Shown: one piece after another, positions 1-13,762 of the stretch | Layout: each line of letters begins with the position of its first letter | Numbering within the stretch: the stretch's first letter is position 1 | Assembly (NCBI RefSeq): GCF_006345805.1 | Contig: NC_043001.1 | Location: forward strand, 35,340,001 to 35,404,000 | Reading direction: 5' to 3' | Length of the DNA stretch: 64,000 bases | Source of the DNA: Octopus sinensis | Lineage: Eukaryota | The notes under the pieces: model-generated | Told to the model about the DNA's origin: nothing | The model's database searches: none | The model's input: the letters and a program-made list of their open reading frames with translations, nothing else | Program-made: the position numbers and the translations under genes

Positions 1-445
1 ATGCAGCCAAAAAATAGTACATTGCCGTCGAATATTTTAGAAGTAGCAGCTCACTGCTGAACCAAACCTTACTATTCCATGAGAAAGACGAAGGACACTT
101 TGGAACAATGAAGTAAGGAGATATACTTGCTATACGTGAAAAAATACAACGGCCGGACTAGAAAGTTTTTAATCATACGTCTTCTCGGCCAAGGGGTAAA
201 CGACGAGAATACTCATCATGAATCTTACTGTTTGTACATCCTAACATTAACACACACATACACATAGATATATACACACATAATATATATCTAATGTTTT
301 GCCAGTTCGTGGACAGGCTGCTATTTATAAGCGTAAGAGAACATATTCTCGTCGATACGCCTGGTTTTAAAATACCTGAAATTCATAGACAAATGAGATA
401 ACTCACGTCAGGTCAGGTCCCGTTACAGGAGCGGTAGGCATTAAT

Positions 446-532
<87 letters not shown>

Positions 533-1038
533 CTGTGTTTGTGTGGACGTGTGTGTATGCATGTACTTTTAACAATCAAAATCTAGAAATGAAACACCAA
601 CTGAGGCAACCATATTTTTTCACGCAATTAAGTCATATAGAATAACCTCTTTCTTTAGGTCTTTAGTCTTTCAGAGTTTTATTTGCCGAAATAATTAGGT
701 AATTAAATGCTTTCGTGCATTTGGTGAAACTGAAAGGGGAATAGATCAGTTACCTGTTCTAGTGTGCTATCGTTTGTTTTCAAATAGCATTATCGTCGTC
801 TGAAGAAGAATAATGATAGGAAAGGAGGAAAATTGAGAGAAAATCGGGGGGGGAAGAAATTTAGGGATGAAAGACGAATCAGCTGAGACGGAAGGGTGGC
901 AAATAGAAAGAGTGGACGCTAAAGAATTTTGATAAAAGAAAATTAGTTATCTTAAGGTAACAAGGTAGAATATAATACATAATATTATAGAATATAATAG
1001 AATATAATACATAATATAATACATAATATTACAAAATA

Positions 1039-1237
1039 GGCGGCGAGCTGGCAGAAACGTTAGCGCGCCGGGCGAAATGCTTAGCTGTATTTCGTCTGTC
1101 GTTACGTTCTGAGTTCAAATTCCGCCGGGGTCGACTTTGCCTTTCATCCTCTCGGGGTCGATATAATCGACTTAATCCATTTGTCTGTCCTTGTTTGTCC
1201 CCTCTATGTTTAGCCCCTTGTGGGCAATAAAGAAATA
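1039..1237 (+). mobile_element. SINE-A, tail 1, internally deleted
   Basis: A-box-like GGCGAGCTGGCAGAA, B-box GAGTTCAAATTCC, core GCCTTTCATCC..GGGGTCGAT, tail GTTTAGCCCCTTGTGGGCAATAAAGAAATA. Confidence 0.9.
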
Positions 1238-1299
1238 TATAATACATAATGTTAGAGCAAATCAGTTCAGGTAATGTAGGCCTTTTATGTATGTATATA

Positions 1300-2175
1300 T
1301 GTGGTCTGATCAATTATTATTCGGACTGTTACCAGAGTAACGAAGCTAAGGCACGCAGAGTGAAGACCCTTGGCACAGATTGATCTTGAACTCTGCTGTG
1401 TATGCGCACTAAGTTTTAACGTTCTAGTTCACGTCTTTTGTTTATAGCAGTGCTTGGGAGGAAGATGTGTAGCATGTGATCGTTGCATTGATAATGACAG
1501 AGAAAGTTGAGCAGAGAATCTCCACCGAATGTTGATAAAAGCTTGGCAATACCTGCTCAGAGACCTACGCAAAGTTTTCAAAACATTTTCAGCATTCTCG
1601 GCACATTTAAGGAGGTCTTGTGCCACTGAAACAGCTCAAAGCAGTTTTGGTACAAACTTGGCAGACACAAGTGTCATACCCAAGTCTTTAGTGGTAATGG
1701 ACTGAACTGAACCGTAACTAATTTGCACATCCTCTAATAACACACAGGTAGGGATTCGATGATTTTTTCTCGAAGCTGCACGCACATTTGCGATGTTTTT
1801 CTCATCTTTGCTGGTTGCCGGTCTCACAGAACGTTCATCAATATCAATATCTTTTCGGCCATTTTTGAAACGTCTGAAACACTTATACACTTGTGTTAGC
1901 TCATAAACTCCTCTCCATACACTTTCTGCAACATTGTATAAGCCTCTAAGCAGGCAGCACCGTAACAACTTTCTCTGTCATGGTCAACGTGACGATCACA
2001 CTCTACACACCTTCCTACTAAGCATTGCTGTAAATGGCGAAAGTAAACTAGAACGCTAAAACATTGGGCGCATGCACAACAGATTTCAAAGTCAAATTTT
2101 GTCAAGCGGCTTCGCTCTGCGTGATTTAGCTAAGCTACTATGGTAACAGTCCGAATACTTATTGATCAGACTTCG
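1300..2175. mobile_element. Mariner-derived element made of two inverted 5' ends
   Basis: Terminal repeats TGTGGTCTGATCAATTATTATTCGGACTG (1300) and CAGTCCGAATACTTATTGATCAGACTTCG (2147-2175); arms 1300-1509 and 1966-2175 align in inverted orientation; TA lies to the left. Confidence 0.8.
1575..1960 (-). pseudogene. Mariner transposase N-terminal (HTH) fragment, frameshifted
   Basis: AYTMLQKVYGEE / TQVYKCFRRFKNGRKDIDIDERSVRPATSKDEKNI..ISYGSVQSITTKDLGMTLVSAKFVPKLL / AQDLLKCAENAENVLKT match the mariner N-terminal pattern. Confidence 0.85.
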
Positions 2176-2177
2176 AA

Positions 2178-2183
2178 TGTATG

Positions 2184-2228
<45 letters not shown>

Positions 2229-2253
2229 AGATATATATATATATATTATATAC

Positions 2254-2333
<80 letters not shown>

Positions 2334-2347
2334 AATATATATATATA

Positions 2348-2392
<45 letters not shown>
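2178..2392. repeat. (TA)n microsatellite; one of many, others at e.g. 447-512, 4790-4885, 19980-20128, 31845-31990, 49025-49150, 63860-64000
   Basis: Visible directly. Confidence 0.98.
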
Positions 2393-2395
<3 letters not shown>

Positions 2396-2807
2396 TAAGA
2401 TGACGATGATCATGGTCTAACAGTAGTTAAAAGTAACAGCATCGAATATAATACAAATATTAATGAAATTTTCGCTGATTGATCTCATAAATATTACTTT
2501 TTCATTGTCAGGACTAAAGCCTGTTATTTATTGCTGTCAAACGTATTTAACAGTTAGTTTATTGTTTTCTATCTTGTTTTGGTTGTGTGTTTGTTTGTTT
2601 GTTCAAAATCAAAAAACTTGTTATATCAAGTATATTTAAACTGCTTGTATTAGTTTTTTACTTTTCAAGGATTTTCAAAAATTATGGACTGAAAAGACTC
2701 AAAATATAGAACAAAACAAGAATGAGTACTGTTGATATTGTAAAATTAAATTTCACGTAGTTAATACAATTAATTCTTCCTACTAATCCTTGTCAGCTTC
2801 TTTGATT

Positions 2808-2919
2808 TCATCATCATCATCATCATAATCATCATCATCGTCGTCGTCGTCGTCGTCGTCGACAACATTATCATCATCGTCATCATCATCACCATCAAAA
2901 TCATCATCAGCATCATTAC

Positions 2920-2992
<73 letters not shown>
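2808..2992. repeat. Compound (CAT)n/(CGT)n/(CAG)n trinucleotide microsatellite
   Basis: Visible directly; it produces the poly-M/poly-L ORF 2770..3018. Confidence 0.95.
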
Positions 2993-2996
<4 letters not shown>

Positions 2997-4811
2997 GCAG
3001 GATTAGCATCGGTTTCACTAGTTGCTAATGTAGTCTATCTGTCGATTCGATGAAAACCCATGAGAGAAATGTCAGAATTTTTTCGGTGACAGGAGCAGTC
3101 CCACAATGGACTAGTTTGACTCTCTAAAAATTATGTCAATCTATCGCCGTGGAGTTGTTATCATTTTATCGAATCCACACAAATGTAATACAAACTAGAA
3201 CTCCAACAAATATGAAATCACAATGTAGAGAATCGCACCAAACATTCTAACGACGCCACTAATTCATAAACTTCATGTATACATGCTTAATAGGGTTTTC
3301 TGATTTTGGACAACTACAGCAATTTCGAAGGAGGAGAATAGTGGATTAAAGCTACCCCAATGTTTAATTGATATTGATGAAATGTGACGATGAACCTATA
3401 TGTGTGGAAACTGAGTGCAGAACATTCTGAAAATTATAACCACATATACATGAAAACAAACCCTACTAGCTTCAGAGAGAGAATGTTACACCGAGAATGG
3501 ATTCATACAAAGAATTTTGCCTGTATAATAACACGAAGTGAGTGAGGGGATAGTTTTCCTTATAGGCCTGTCCAATCTCAAGATTGACATGCGATTAAAC
3601 AACGACAAAATACAATTCTACATTGTAAACAAGGCGTATTTTTCGTTGAAGTCATTTTATTACATACTAAAACAAAAGTTTACTGAAATCCAGCACACTC
3701 ACACATACGTATAAAATAAACACTGATACACAATGCAGACATCTACAACATATGTGGGAAATTCTGTCTGTGAGTGTGTTTGTGGAGTTGTTAGCATACA
3801 TCGTTATATTGAATTTTATGAAACTTGACACGTGAGTAGAACTCATATTTAGAAATCTCATAGCATACTCCGGTTGTTGAAAAATCGATAATAGGTCCCC
3901 AGGAAGGTATCTTTATATATGACTAATATATTTTCTTTTAACGGCCAAGTGAAATAACCTGTTAGCCCATGGAAAGGATCCGTATATATAACCAGGGGAA
4001 ATAACCCATTCATTTTCCTAAATTATTTGGTAATTGAGTAAGTTTATTTCTTAGCATTTGAACTGTTAGAGTTATTTTCGCATTTTATCCAGTATAACCC
4101 TTAAACAAGTAAATAGTTTTTTCCTAAACAATAGATCCACGTATTCCGGTTAGTGACTTATTCATGAATATACCAACTCTAGCGCCACTGAAGGTAATAT
4201 TCTTTGGGAACGCACAAAATCCCTTTTCAGAGTTATTTACTTTGAATTGTTATTATCTCATATATGATTAGCCTGTTATTACGTAACATGCTTTACGATT
4301 TTTGTATACATATCTTATCAGTATTTCCTCCTAAGTTCTATATACTCTGGGAATGCATTAAAGCCCTTTTCGGGGTTGCTTTATTTGAATTCTTACAATC
4401 GTGTAACAAATTTCATGCTTTTACAGAACTGTCTTCATTAATTTGGGTATTCATAACTTATTGGAAATTCATGAAAACAAGATTCTGTGTAAGACAGTTC
4501 GGTATTCTCTGTAAACGCACAAGAGCTCTTTTAAGGGCTACATATTTGATATTGTTGTTATTGGATTCGCGAAACAATTATGAGAAGGGAACCAAGGGAG
4601 ATAAGCGCCGCTTTTCCGGGAATTACCGGGTACGTCAGCCAGTACACACATGTGGCCCATGTAAGTACTTGTATGTGTGTGCTTCAGTGCATGCATGTGC
4701 ATATGAAATATCTAAACGTGTGTGCATATACATGCATATATATGAATACGTATACATACATACACACACAGGTATATATGTATGTGTGAATATATATGTA
4801 TATATAGTATA

Positions 4812-4864
<53 letters not shown>

Positions 4865-4905
4865 ATATATATATATATATATATAAATACACACACACAC
4901 ATATT

Positions 4906-5060
4906 GAGATCAGTGGTTAGAGCGTCGAGCTTACGATCGTGAGGTGTGAGTTCGAATCCCGGACCGGGGTGTGTGTTGTGTTCTTGAGCAAGGCACACGT
5001 TGCTCCAGTTCACACAGCTTTAGAAATGAGTTATGACGTCACAAGTGCCAAGGGGGTCTC
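4906..5060 (+). mobile_element. SINE-D (tRNA-Arg-like head), internally deleted
   Basis: CAGTGGTTAGAGCG..CTTACGATCG (ACG anticodon-like)..GAGTTCGAATCCC; TTGAGCAAGGCAC..GTTGCTCCAGTTCAC; ends GGGGGTCTC like the copy ending at 41105. Confidence 0.8.
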
Positions 5061-5481
5061 TCTTTCTCTCTCTCGCTCTCATATGTATACTGTATATATA
5101 CACACATATATATATACAGTATCATTTATCTTGAAGGGTCTAACATGAATATACAAGAGAGGAAATCCATCGCTGTGTAGTGCATGTACATATCATTGAT
5201 ATCAGCCTAAGCTCGAACTAAAACAATAAATCAAAGCTTATGCGTGCTCATGTTAATAAGCACCCACAGTGTAACTAGTGTACCGTTGCAATAAACTCAT
5301 TCAAACGTTGTAAGATCATAAAAAAGTAAGTAGAGTAAATTCATGATTGGAATCTTATATTTCATATAAAATGGAGACAGACACACTCACACACAGACTC
5401 ACCTACAGAAAAACAACAAAAGCATTAACTAATTTGTAAATATGGAAATATATAATGCGAATTAGTAATTCATAGCACTGC

Positions 5482-5941
<460 letters not shown>

Positions 5942-5943
5942 CT

Positions 5944-6105
5944 GGTGTGTTTACGTCCCCATAACTTAGTGGTTCGGCAAAAGATACCGATAGAATAAGT
6001 ACTAGGCTTAAAAAGAATAAGTCCTGCGGTCGATTTCCTCGACTAAAGGCAGTGCTCCAGTATGGCCACAGTCAAATCACTGAAACAAGTAAAAGTGTAA
6101 ATGAG
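5944..6105 (+). mobile_element. SINE-B 3' half
   Basis: GGTGTGTTTACGTCCCC..GGTTCGGCAAAAG..GTCAAATCACTGAAACAAGTAAAAG; the 5' half is absent. Confidence 0.85.
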
Positions 6106-6490
6106 TAAAGCAAAAATTCTCCTTTTTTAAAATGCTCGGTTTCATTTTGAATAAACTTTAAAGAAACTAAAAGGTGCAATCACGAAATAATTCAATGGGG
6201 CCAGTATCACGAATTTGGTAGCAAGGTCCACGGAGTCCGTATATTTAAAAAGAATAGTCTTTCCCGTTTTTTGTTTGTGAGTGTGAATAAAAAAGCGAGC
6301 AAACATATTTCAAGTCATTAAGAAATCTTCTCCAAAATTTAACATCCTCAAAGAAAATGACAATCTCGTTTCAAAAGCGTAACACAATAATGGACACGTG
6401 TTTCTATATCAAAAGTGTAATGCTATGTTAGTGACGCTTATTTAGTCAGAAACTACAGTTACGGTTGCCCCTTCTTTCTTTATACAACAC

Positions 6491-6544
<54 letters not shown>

Positions 6545-6729
6545 AGGAAAAACTTTACTGCAGAGGAATTAATTAGCGCTCTATGGCAGCAAATCTATCT
6601 TCCTCGTTGATTTGTAATATTGGAATGCTTGACACCTAAATGTTCTGATGAGTGTGCATCTATGTATTTCGTAGAAGAATTTTGATACAGGAATTTGACC
6701 TATGAAAGTTTGTCCTCCACTTTCCTTAT

Positions 6730-6810
6730 GTTATATATATATGTATAAATATACAACGGGCGTCTTTCTGTTTCCGTCTACAAAATTTATTCACAAAGCT
6801 TTGGTCGGCT
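6730..6810 (-). mobile_element. SINE-B central fragment
   Basis: ACAACGGGCGTCTTTCTGTTTTCCGTCTACAAAAT..ACAAAGCTTTGGTCGGC matches the minus-strand SINE-B copies. Confidence 0.7.
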
Positions 6811-8784
6811 ATGTTGGTGACGCTTATTTAGTCAGAAACAGTAACAATAGTTACGTATGCCCCTTCTTTTCCTCATACGCTTTTGGGATACTGTCATTCA
6901 TACTTAGGTGTATGACTTTTATAAAAATTGTCTATACTATGGATAATGAAGCATTCAACTTTTCCTGCATGCTTAATTCCGGTAAGAGAAAAAGCAGTGT
7001 TTTTATTGGAATGTATAAAATGCCGTTAAAACGAAGTGTCAACACTCTGGCTTGTATTCGTATCAGTATAGATCAGTGTGTGTGTGAGTGTGTGTGTGTG
7101 TGAGTGTGTGTGTGTTTGTATACATAAAATAGGTGTGTATGTGTGTATGTATGCGTGTTGTAAAGAGACTACTCGCATGAATCTGCATAGAATGTAAGAA
7201 AAGAAAGACAAAGCCAGACACCGAAACGGGAAAAATACAGGGTGGTGGAACAAATTGCTGATAAGTAACGCAAAGAGAGGGAGGAATCGAGAGAAAGAAT
7301 CCCTTAATTAACAGATATAATTCCGAATTGTAATAAGGAGAGAGGTCAAGTGTCACTTGATAAACAGATATAGGACTCTCAACTGGTGGGGTTGCCAAAT
7401 CTAATTGGTAACGGTCCTGAAAGGGAAAGGTTGATAAGAACACACATTAAAGGCAACCACAGCTGTTTCGTCCTGGAGCTAGTCATTTTGAACGAACTGT
7501 TGTAGCTATTAACAAACTAAATACCAACCAACCTGCCACTTAAATATTACAAGGAAAGACATGAAACTTAGAAAAGAGTTTTTGCTTATTTCCTTAGTTT
7601 TAACCTTTAGAATACGATAGAAGCCAGTATTAGTATTTAGTGAGGGAAAAGATTAAATTCTGTTAGATTTGTTTAGTAGGAAAATGTTAGTCTTTAGATA
7701 GCATGTGTGTTTATATAATCCGTCTTCTTAGTAGTAAATACTAGCGGGTTACCGAGATCTATATCACAGGATTCTTTGTTTGTGTTAAATGCTTAGCAGT
7801 AGTATCGGTTAGTTAATTTCTTACCGTTATATTTATAGTTAATAGCTGTTCATTTAGGTCATTTCAATTTTTTTTTTTTACAGAACCAGACGTCAGTTAA
7901 CAAGCGTTTTAGTTGTTATGTTAAGAGTTTAATTAACGAGATATAAGCTGAAATACAATGAATCATGCGAGAACTTAGAAACTATCGCGGGAAATTTTAC
8001 ATGGATACTGGGAAAATGTTTCTTTCAATCATACGCTACAGTATAAAAAAGAATATACTTGATGGTGTTGTTCTAGATACATGTAGAGTAAAATCGAATG
8101 TTCTTGGCAAGAATTCTTTAGAAAATATGTCGCCTCGACAAAGGCTCACTTATGGCTAATCATCATCAACTGTCAGATGTACTAAAGAACGCATTTCGTT
8201 TTCGTATTTTCTTTCCTTTTATATAAAGGCGCGATATAATAGATATCTGCAAAATTTCTTTGAGACCAAAGTAAAAATATCCCCGATGGAAACTTTATAT
8301 TTCTCCGGAATTAATTGTATCCAATATATACAATATTTCCCAAACAAATTTATTATGAGTTTAAGGTAAATTACTTAATCACCAGTGATTTTTTTTTATC
8401 AAAGAAAGCTTCTATAAATTACTAATATTTATCTTCTAATCTTTTTGGTTTTTTTCGTTTTTAAATGTTTCATACATTTATCTATGGCCATGCTGTGTCA
8501 CGCCATGAAAGGTTTGGTCGAACAAATCAACCGCAGTACGTATTTTAAAATATTTTATCGAAAAGTAAAATAGGACGCGAACAACCTGACACCAATTAAC
8601 AAGCAATGAAGGGCGACAAACAAAAATAAAAACACACACAGATACAATCACAAACACATACTCAGACACGCACAAACCTACATAGATCCACACAAATACA
8701 CACGCAAACACAAACACACACGCACATATATATATACAAATATGTATGTGTATGTATATATGGGTGTGGTATCTTGTATATAGA

Positions 8785-8820
<36 letters not shown>

Positions 8821-8824
<4 letters not shown>

Positions 8825-9001
8825 ATCTCCCTTTATCGTCAAGCTCATAAAATGCGGGTGCAGTCGTGCATATATTTAAGTTATGTGTGCCTGTGTATTT
8901 GTGTGCGTGCACATATGCATACTCACAGACACACATATATGCATGCATATATATGTTCATATAAATATATAGAATTTATATTTACCTATACACACACACA
9001 T

Positions 9002-9065
<64 letters not shown>

Positions 9066-9242
9066 TATATGATATCTCCTTTATCGTCAAGCTCATAAAA
9101 TGCGGGTGCAGTCGTGCATATATTTAAGTTATGTGTGCCTGTGTATTTGTGTGCGTGCACATATGCATACTCACAGACACACATATATGCATGCATATAT
9201 ATGTTCATATAAATATATAGAATTTATATTTACCTATACACA

Positions 9243-9305
<63 letters not shown>
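8821..9305. repeat. Near-identical tandem duplication of a ~245-bp unit (starts 8821 and 9070)
   Basis: TGATATCTCC(C)TTTATCGTCAAGCTCATAAAATGCGGG..TTTACCTATACACAC occurs twice, each copy ending in (CA)n(TA)n. Confidence 0.95.
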
Positions 9306-9306
<1 letters not shown>

Positions 9307-10085
9307 ATATATATATATATATTATATATATACATATATGTATGTATATATATATGCATGTTTACAAATACATATAGTTTCACATATATGTTTGCATTTG
9401 TGTACACATATAAACACACACAAACACACACACAGACACACAGACCCACGCACATACACATACCGAGACACACATACACACACTTATATATACATATACG
9501 TACACACGCATATACACACACATACAAAGGCATAGATGCAAAATCAAAATGGACACTTCGTTGGCCGCATTTCTATATGAATTACATATACATATGTGAT
9601 GTTCTTTGATAATGTATGTGTTTGTCCGTTTGTTGGTGTGCCTAAATGCGTCCGTATGTGTCTGTCTGTCTGCCTATCTCTGTGTTATTATGCTGCGCAT
9701 CTGCTGATTTACAACATACAATTTCATACATTGACGTAGTGATGATATATCTACATATCCATAAATAACATCCACATTTCATTACAATGATCTTCGTGGC
9801 AGCGTTCAAACTGTTATAGAAGGAAATTCAGGAAGCCCCAACATGTGACTTCTCTCTGACAAGATTCTATGATTTACTCAAAATTTAAGAGAGAATTTTA
9901 GATAAAACAGAGTTGCATTAAATCGAAAGATAAAATTCATAAATATTTAGGAGTACAAATTCGCACACATAGTAATTTAACCGTAAGCTCACACACTTAG
10001 ATGAACAAATACACCTTCACACACACACACATATGTATCATATATACATATATATATGTATACATACATACATACATATATATAC

Positions 10086-10156
<71 letters not shown>

Positions 10157-10162
10157 ATACAT

Positions 10163-10214
<52 letters not shown>

Positions 10215-10261
10215 TATATATATTATATATAATATATTATATATATATATTATATATATAT

Positions 10262-10298
<37 letters not shown>

Positions 10299-11148
10299 CA
10301 TGCACACACTACACATATACACACATAGATGTACGCACACGCACACACAGACACAGACACACACGTATATATAAATTTCCATTTATCAACGAAACAAGGA
10401 CTCAAATCTTAGCTATCTTCGTAATTCGGAGACAGGAAATTCGTTCACAAAACTTGTAGTTTTAAACCAATGTAAGTATATTCCAAACTTCAGCATTAGA
10501 GAAAATTTTAAAGCACGAACTAGTAGATACTGTCTGATACCAAAAACCCCCACCTTCAAAATCTCCAGCAAAATCACCGTATGGGACCAGTCTGATGTTT
10601 AGGCGTATTCAAATTGTCACAACGTACTTGAAGGATTCGGAAATACAAAATAAACCTGTACTGAAACATTAAAAAGGACAAACTATAAAATCCTAATGAC
10701 GATTGCGGCCCAGCAAACACTGCAAGGGTACACACCGACTATAAAGCAACAGCGAAATGGATAGAAAATAAATTAAGTCGGGACTCCAGCATAGCCAAGG
10801 ATAAAATGAACTATACAGATGAGCTGAAATAATTGGGTATTTGATTAAAGGTTTCCTAAACTTTCTCTTCGTTCTTTTTTTACCGGTGACAGTGGGAGGG
10901 TTTTGTACTCAGAAGACATTCAGCTGTGAAAGCTTCTACATATTTTTAACACAAAAATATTTTACCAGTTCACAACACTGGCCATATGGTTCTTTTATAA
11001 GCCTCACAAAGTTGAAAGGCGTATTTCATCTAGGTGTGGCTTTAAAATCATTAACAAGAGACCCAGACCCAACGTAAAGGTTGGATAAAAATTTTAACAT
11101 TAGCACACACACCCCCATCCACCCACACATATATATCTTGCGGGGATT

Positions 11149-11312
11149 GGGATATTGTTTGTGGATGTTCCCAAGAATTGCTTATCTATGAGAATTATCT
11201 ATAAGTAGCGTTCGGCCAAATTTTTTATCGAACCTTTTGTTTGGTCGAGCGCTGTCTATAGATAACACTAATGGGTAAGCAATTCTTGGGGCATATCTAC
11301 AAAAAATACCCC
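11149..11312. mobile_element. Degenerate hairpin/MITE-like element, ~72-bp inverted arms
   Basis: CCCAAGAATTGCTTA..TTATCTATA..GCGTTCGGCCAAA versus TTTGGTCGAGCGC..TATAGATAA..TAAGCAATTCTTGGG. Confidence 0.7.
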
Positions 11313-12627
11313 TGTCATATATGAAAGTATGTATCTATGTATTTATGTTTGCATATTCTAGCGTACAGCTGACTTAGTCAATCGAGGCATACATTCTATC
11401 TACGCAGCTACTCGAATTGTTATAAATAGCAGCTAATTGTTTCCACAGATCAAGATTGTAATGGTAGGTAAATCTTTATTCAAAGTGATAGCCTAGTGGT
11501 AAAAAGAAGTGGCAACATATATTAGTTCTTTTCTTTCTTTTGCTTTCCTTCCTTTGCCTTTGTGTCAAAGACAGAGAAGCTAAAGAATAAAGGAGGAAAT
11601 AGGATATAAGTGACATGTATGAGTTTCTTTAAACCATATCATGATACGAGGTTGGTGGTAACCGTCACGTCTCTCACTCCTGATGAAAGATTTTGCAACC
11701 GCGGCCATTTCATCTTTGAAGAGGTGTCTTTTAATACATGGTGTAATTTCTCTTCCCCTATTCTAAACCTGTGGAATGTGATTTAAAAGATATTTAACTG
11801 GTGTCTCTAGCAGATAGATTACCGGATGTTAGCTGTGAAATCCTATATTATTTCCGTGAGACGACAAATTTGCATAACTGGAATCAAATGGCTTAATCGA
11901 CAGACACCAGTTACCTATCTACCAGGTGCTTATGTTATCAAGAGACATTTGTAAGTCAAATTTTGACCTGAGATTTGAACTGGAACACTGACACACGTGA
12001 TTTCAATATTCTACAGCAACTTAGTGTTGGAATCTATCGACCTTCCATTGCAATTATTATAATAAACACTTTCCATATGTGCATCAGATTACTTTGATGA
12101 TCACGTACTTTCTGATCACATAAAGGAAAGGAACGATTTCTAACAATAGAATAAACAACATTAACATCACTATATTCTTTTATTCTTTTTATTCTATTAT
12201 ATGTATCAGCCTTAAGGTTGTGGCCATGCTGGAACACCGCCAGTGTAATCACGTTTTCAATGATCAATCGTATGTGATTGGCTTTTGGCGAAAGAGAGTG
12301 AAAGAGAGAGTTCAACACGTTTTCTCCCTTTTGCGTTTCCCACCTTGATGTGAGACATTGAACCTATTGATCTGAAGAAGAACACATCAGAAAAGCATAA
12401 AAGAGGTACAGACATATTTCAGCAGCGTACATTCAGGAGGAAAAGTTTTTAGTGCATTTAAGCTTGTGGGAAGGGTAACTTCGCATATAAGACCCGGAGT
12501 GATTAAATTTCTTTTTTTTTTTTTTTTTTTGAAGTGAGTGCGTCTTAAATGCCACAAAATCTGTTAATGACTAGTAATTAACATTATGGTGAGCGGAATT
12601 AAGATATAATAGTGTTCGCATCATGGA

Positions 12628-13255
12628 TTTCAAAATTTGCCCCAAAGCTAGCAGTTTTGGAGAAGAGGTTTTGTCGATTACATCGACCCTAGTGCTGAGT
12701 TCTTACTTATTCTATTGACTCCCAAAGAATGAAAGTCGAAGCGGTCTCCGGCAACATTTGAACTTAGTGCGTAGAGTCTGATGAAATGCCGCTACGCATT
12801 TTTCCGGTGCGTGATTCTGTCACCTCACCACCTTAATATTATTCGAAATCAATATACCTACCAAATTTTGGAACAAAGCCATAAATTTAGGGACAGGGGC
12901 TAAGTCGATTTCATCGACCTCAGTGCTCAACTCGTACTTATTTTTCCGACCGCGAAAGGATGAAAAGTATAGTGGACCCCAGAGAAATTTGAACTCAGAA
13001 CGTAAGGACGGACGAAATGCCGCTAAGTTTTTTAACCAGTGTGCTAACAATTTTGCCATCTCGCCACCTTGTTCGAAGCCAATAAGAACCGATTAAAGCG
13101 GTGAGCAGGCAGAATTATTAGAACGCCGGGCAGCTTATTTAGCGGCATTTCGTCTAGTGCTTTTTTATATTCTGAGTTCAAATTGCGCTGAGGTCGACTT
13201 TGCCGTTCATTCTTTCGTAGTCGATAAAATAAGTACCAATTTGAGCATTGGAATA
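12628..13255. mobile_element. Three old SINE-A copies: 12628-12834 (-), 12861-13070 (-), 13095-13255 (+)
   Basis: Degenerate GTCGATT(T/A)CATCGACC, ATTTGAACT and GAGTTCAAATT motifs. Confidence 0.8.
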
Positions 13256-13291
13256 GATGAAATAGGCCTGTTTGGAGGCCTAACCTTGCGA

Positions 13292-13410
13292 ATTCTTTTA
13301 CAGGGCTTAGAAAAACTGAAGGAATGATGCAATAAATGTGTGAATAAAATCATAATTGACTGACCCTCCGGTATTAATTTTTACTCAAAGCCAGCAACTT
13401 TTCGCCACCT
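13292..13410 (+). mobile_element. Mariner 3' end relic
   Basis: GGCTTAGAAAAACTG..TGCAATAAATGTGTGAATAAAATCATAA..AACTTTTCGCCACC aligns with the relic at 28140-28499. Confidence 0.6.
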
Positions 13411-13559
13411 TATTGTATGTAACAATTAAATTTAATCAAATCACATAACTCTACCGTCGTGAAAACTTTGAAGATTAAAGACCTCGATAAAATGAGGGCT
13501 TCTCTTAAGTTGATCTCTTCAGTCATGCTAACTTGGGCTAAACAAGATCAATAATGTTT

Positions 13560-13762
13560 TCAGATTTTGGCATAAGGACAGTAATTTCTTAGGAGGGGGA
13601 TATCGATTACATCGACCCCGGTAATCAACAGGTTCTTATTTTATCGACCTCGAAAGAAAGAAATACATAGTTTACCGCAGCGGGATCTGAACTCAGAGCA
13701 TAAAGACAGGCGAAACACCGCTGAGCATTTTGCGCGGCGTGATAACAATCCTGCCACCTCGC
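13560..13762 (-). mobile_element. SINE-A, old copy
   Basis: GATTACATCGACCCC..TTATTTTATCGACC..GAACTCAGA..GGCGAAACACCGCTGAGCATTT. Confidence 0.8.

Noticed and set aside
1029-1313. Recurring ORF peptides such as RKDERQSRPRRNLNSER, GRLCLSSFRGR and [12 protein letters not shown]
   Set aside because: They are translations of SINE-A and SINE-B copies, not a protein family.
2140-2394. Many ORFs rich in IY/YI, CV/VC, HT/TH, MYVC or YLSI (e.g. 10001-10459, 21545-22153, 36141-36704)
   Set aside because: They are translations of microsatellites, which lack stop codons in some frames.
4264-4863. 199-aa ORF with about 130 non-repetitive codons
   Set aside because: No recognisable motif or splice support, and it runs into a microsatellite; plausible by chance.
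4906-4975. tRNA-like sequences at SINE-C/D heads (also 28545, 40453)
   Set aside because: They have A/B boxes and an Arg-like anticodon loop but no proper acceptor stem, and they continue into SINE bodies, so they are not tRNA genes.
11675-11715. CTGATGA..GCAACCGCGGCC, and CTGACGAAGG..CCAAAAATTG at ~26968, as further hammerheads
   Set aside because: The GAAA element is missing or mutated and the stems are unconvincing.
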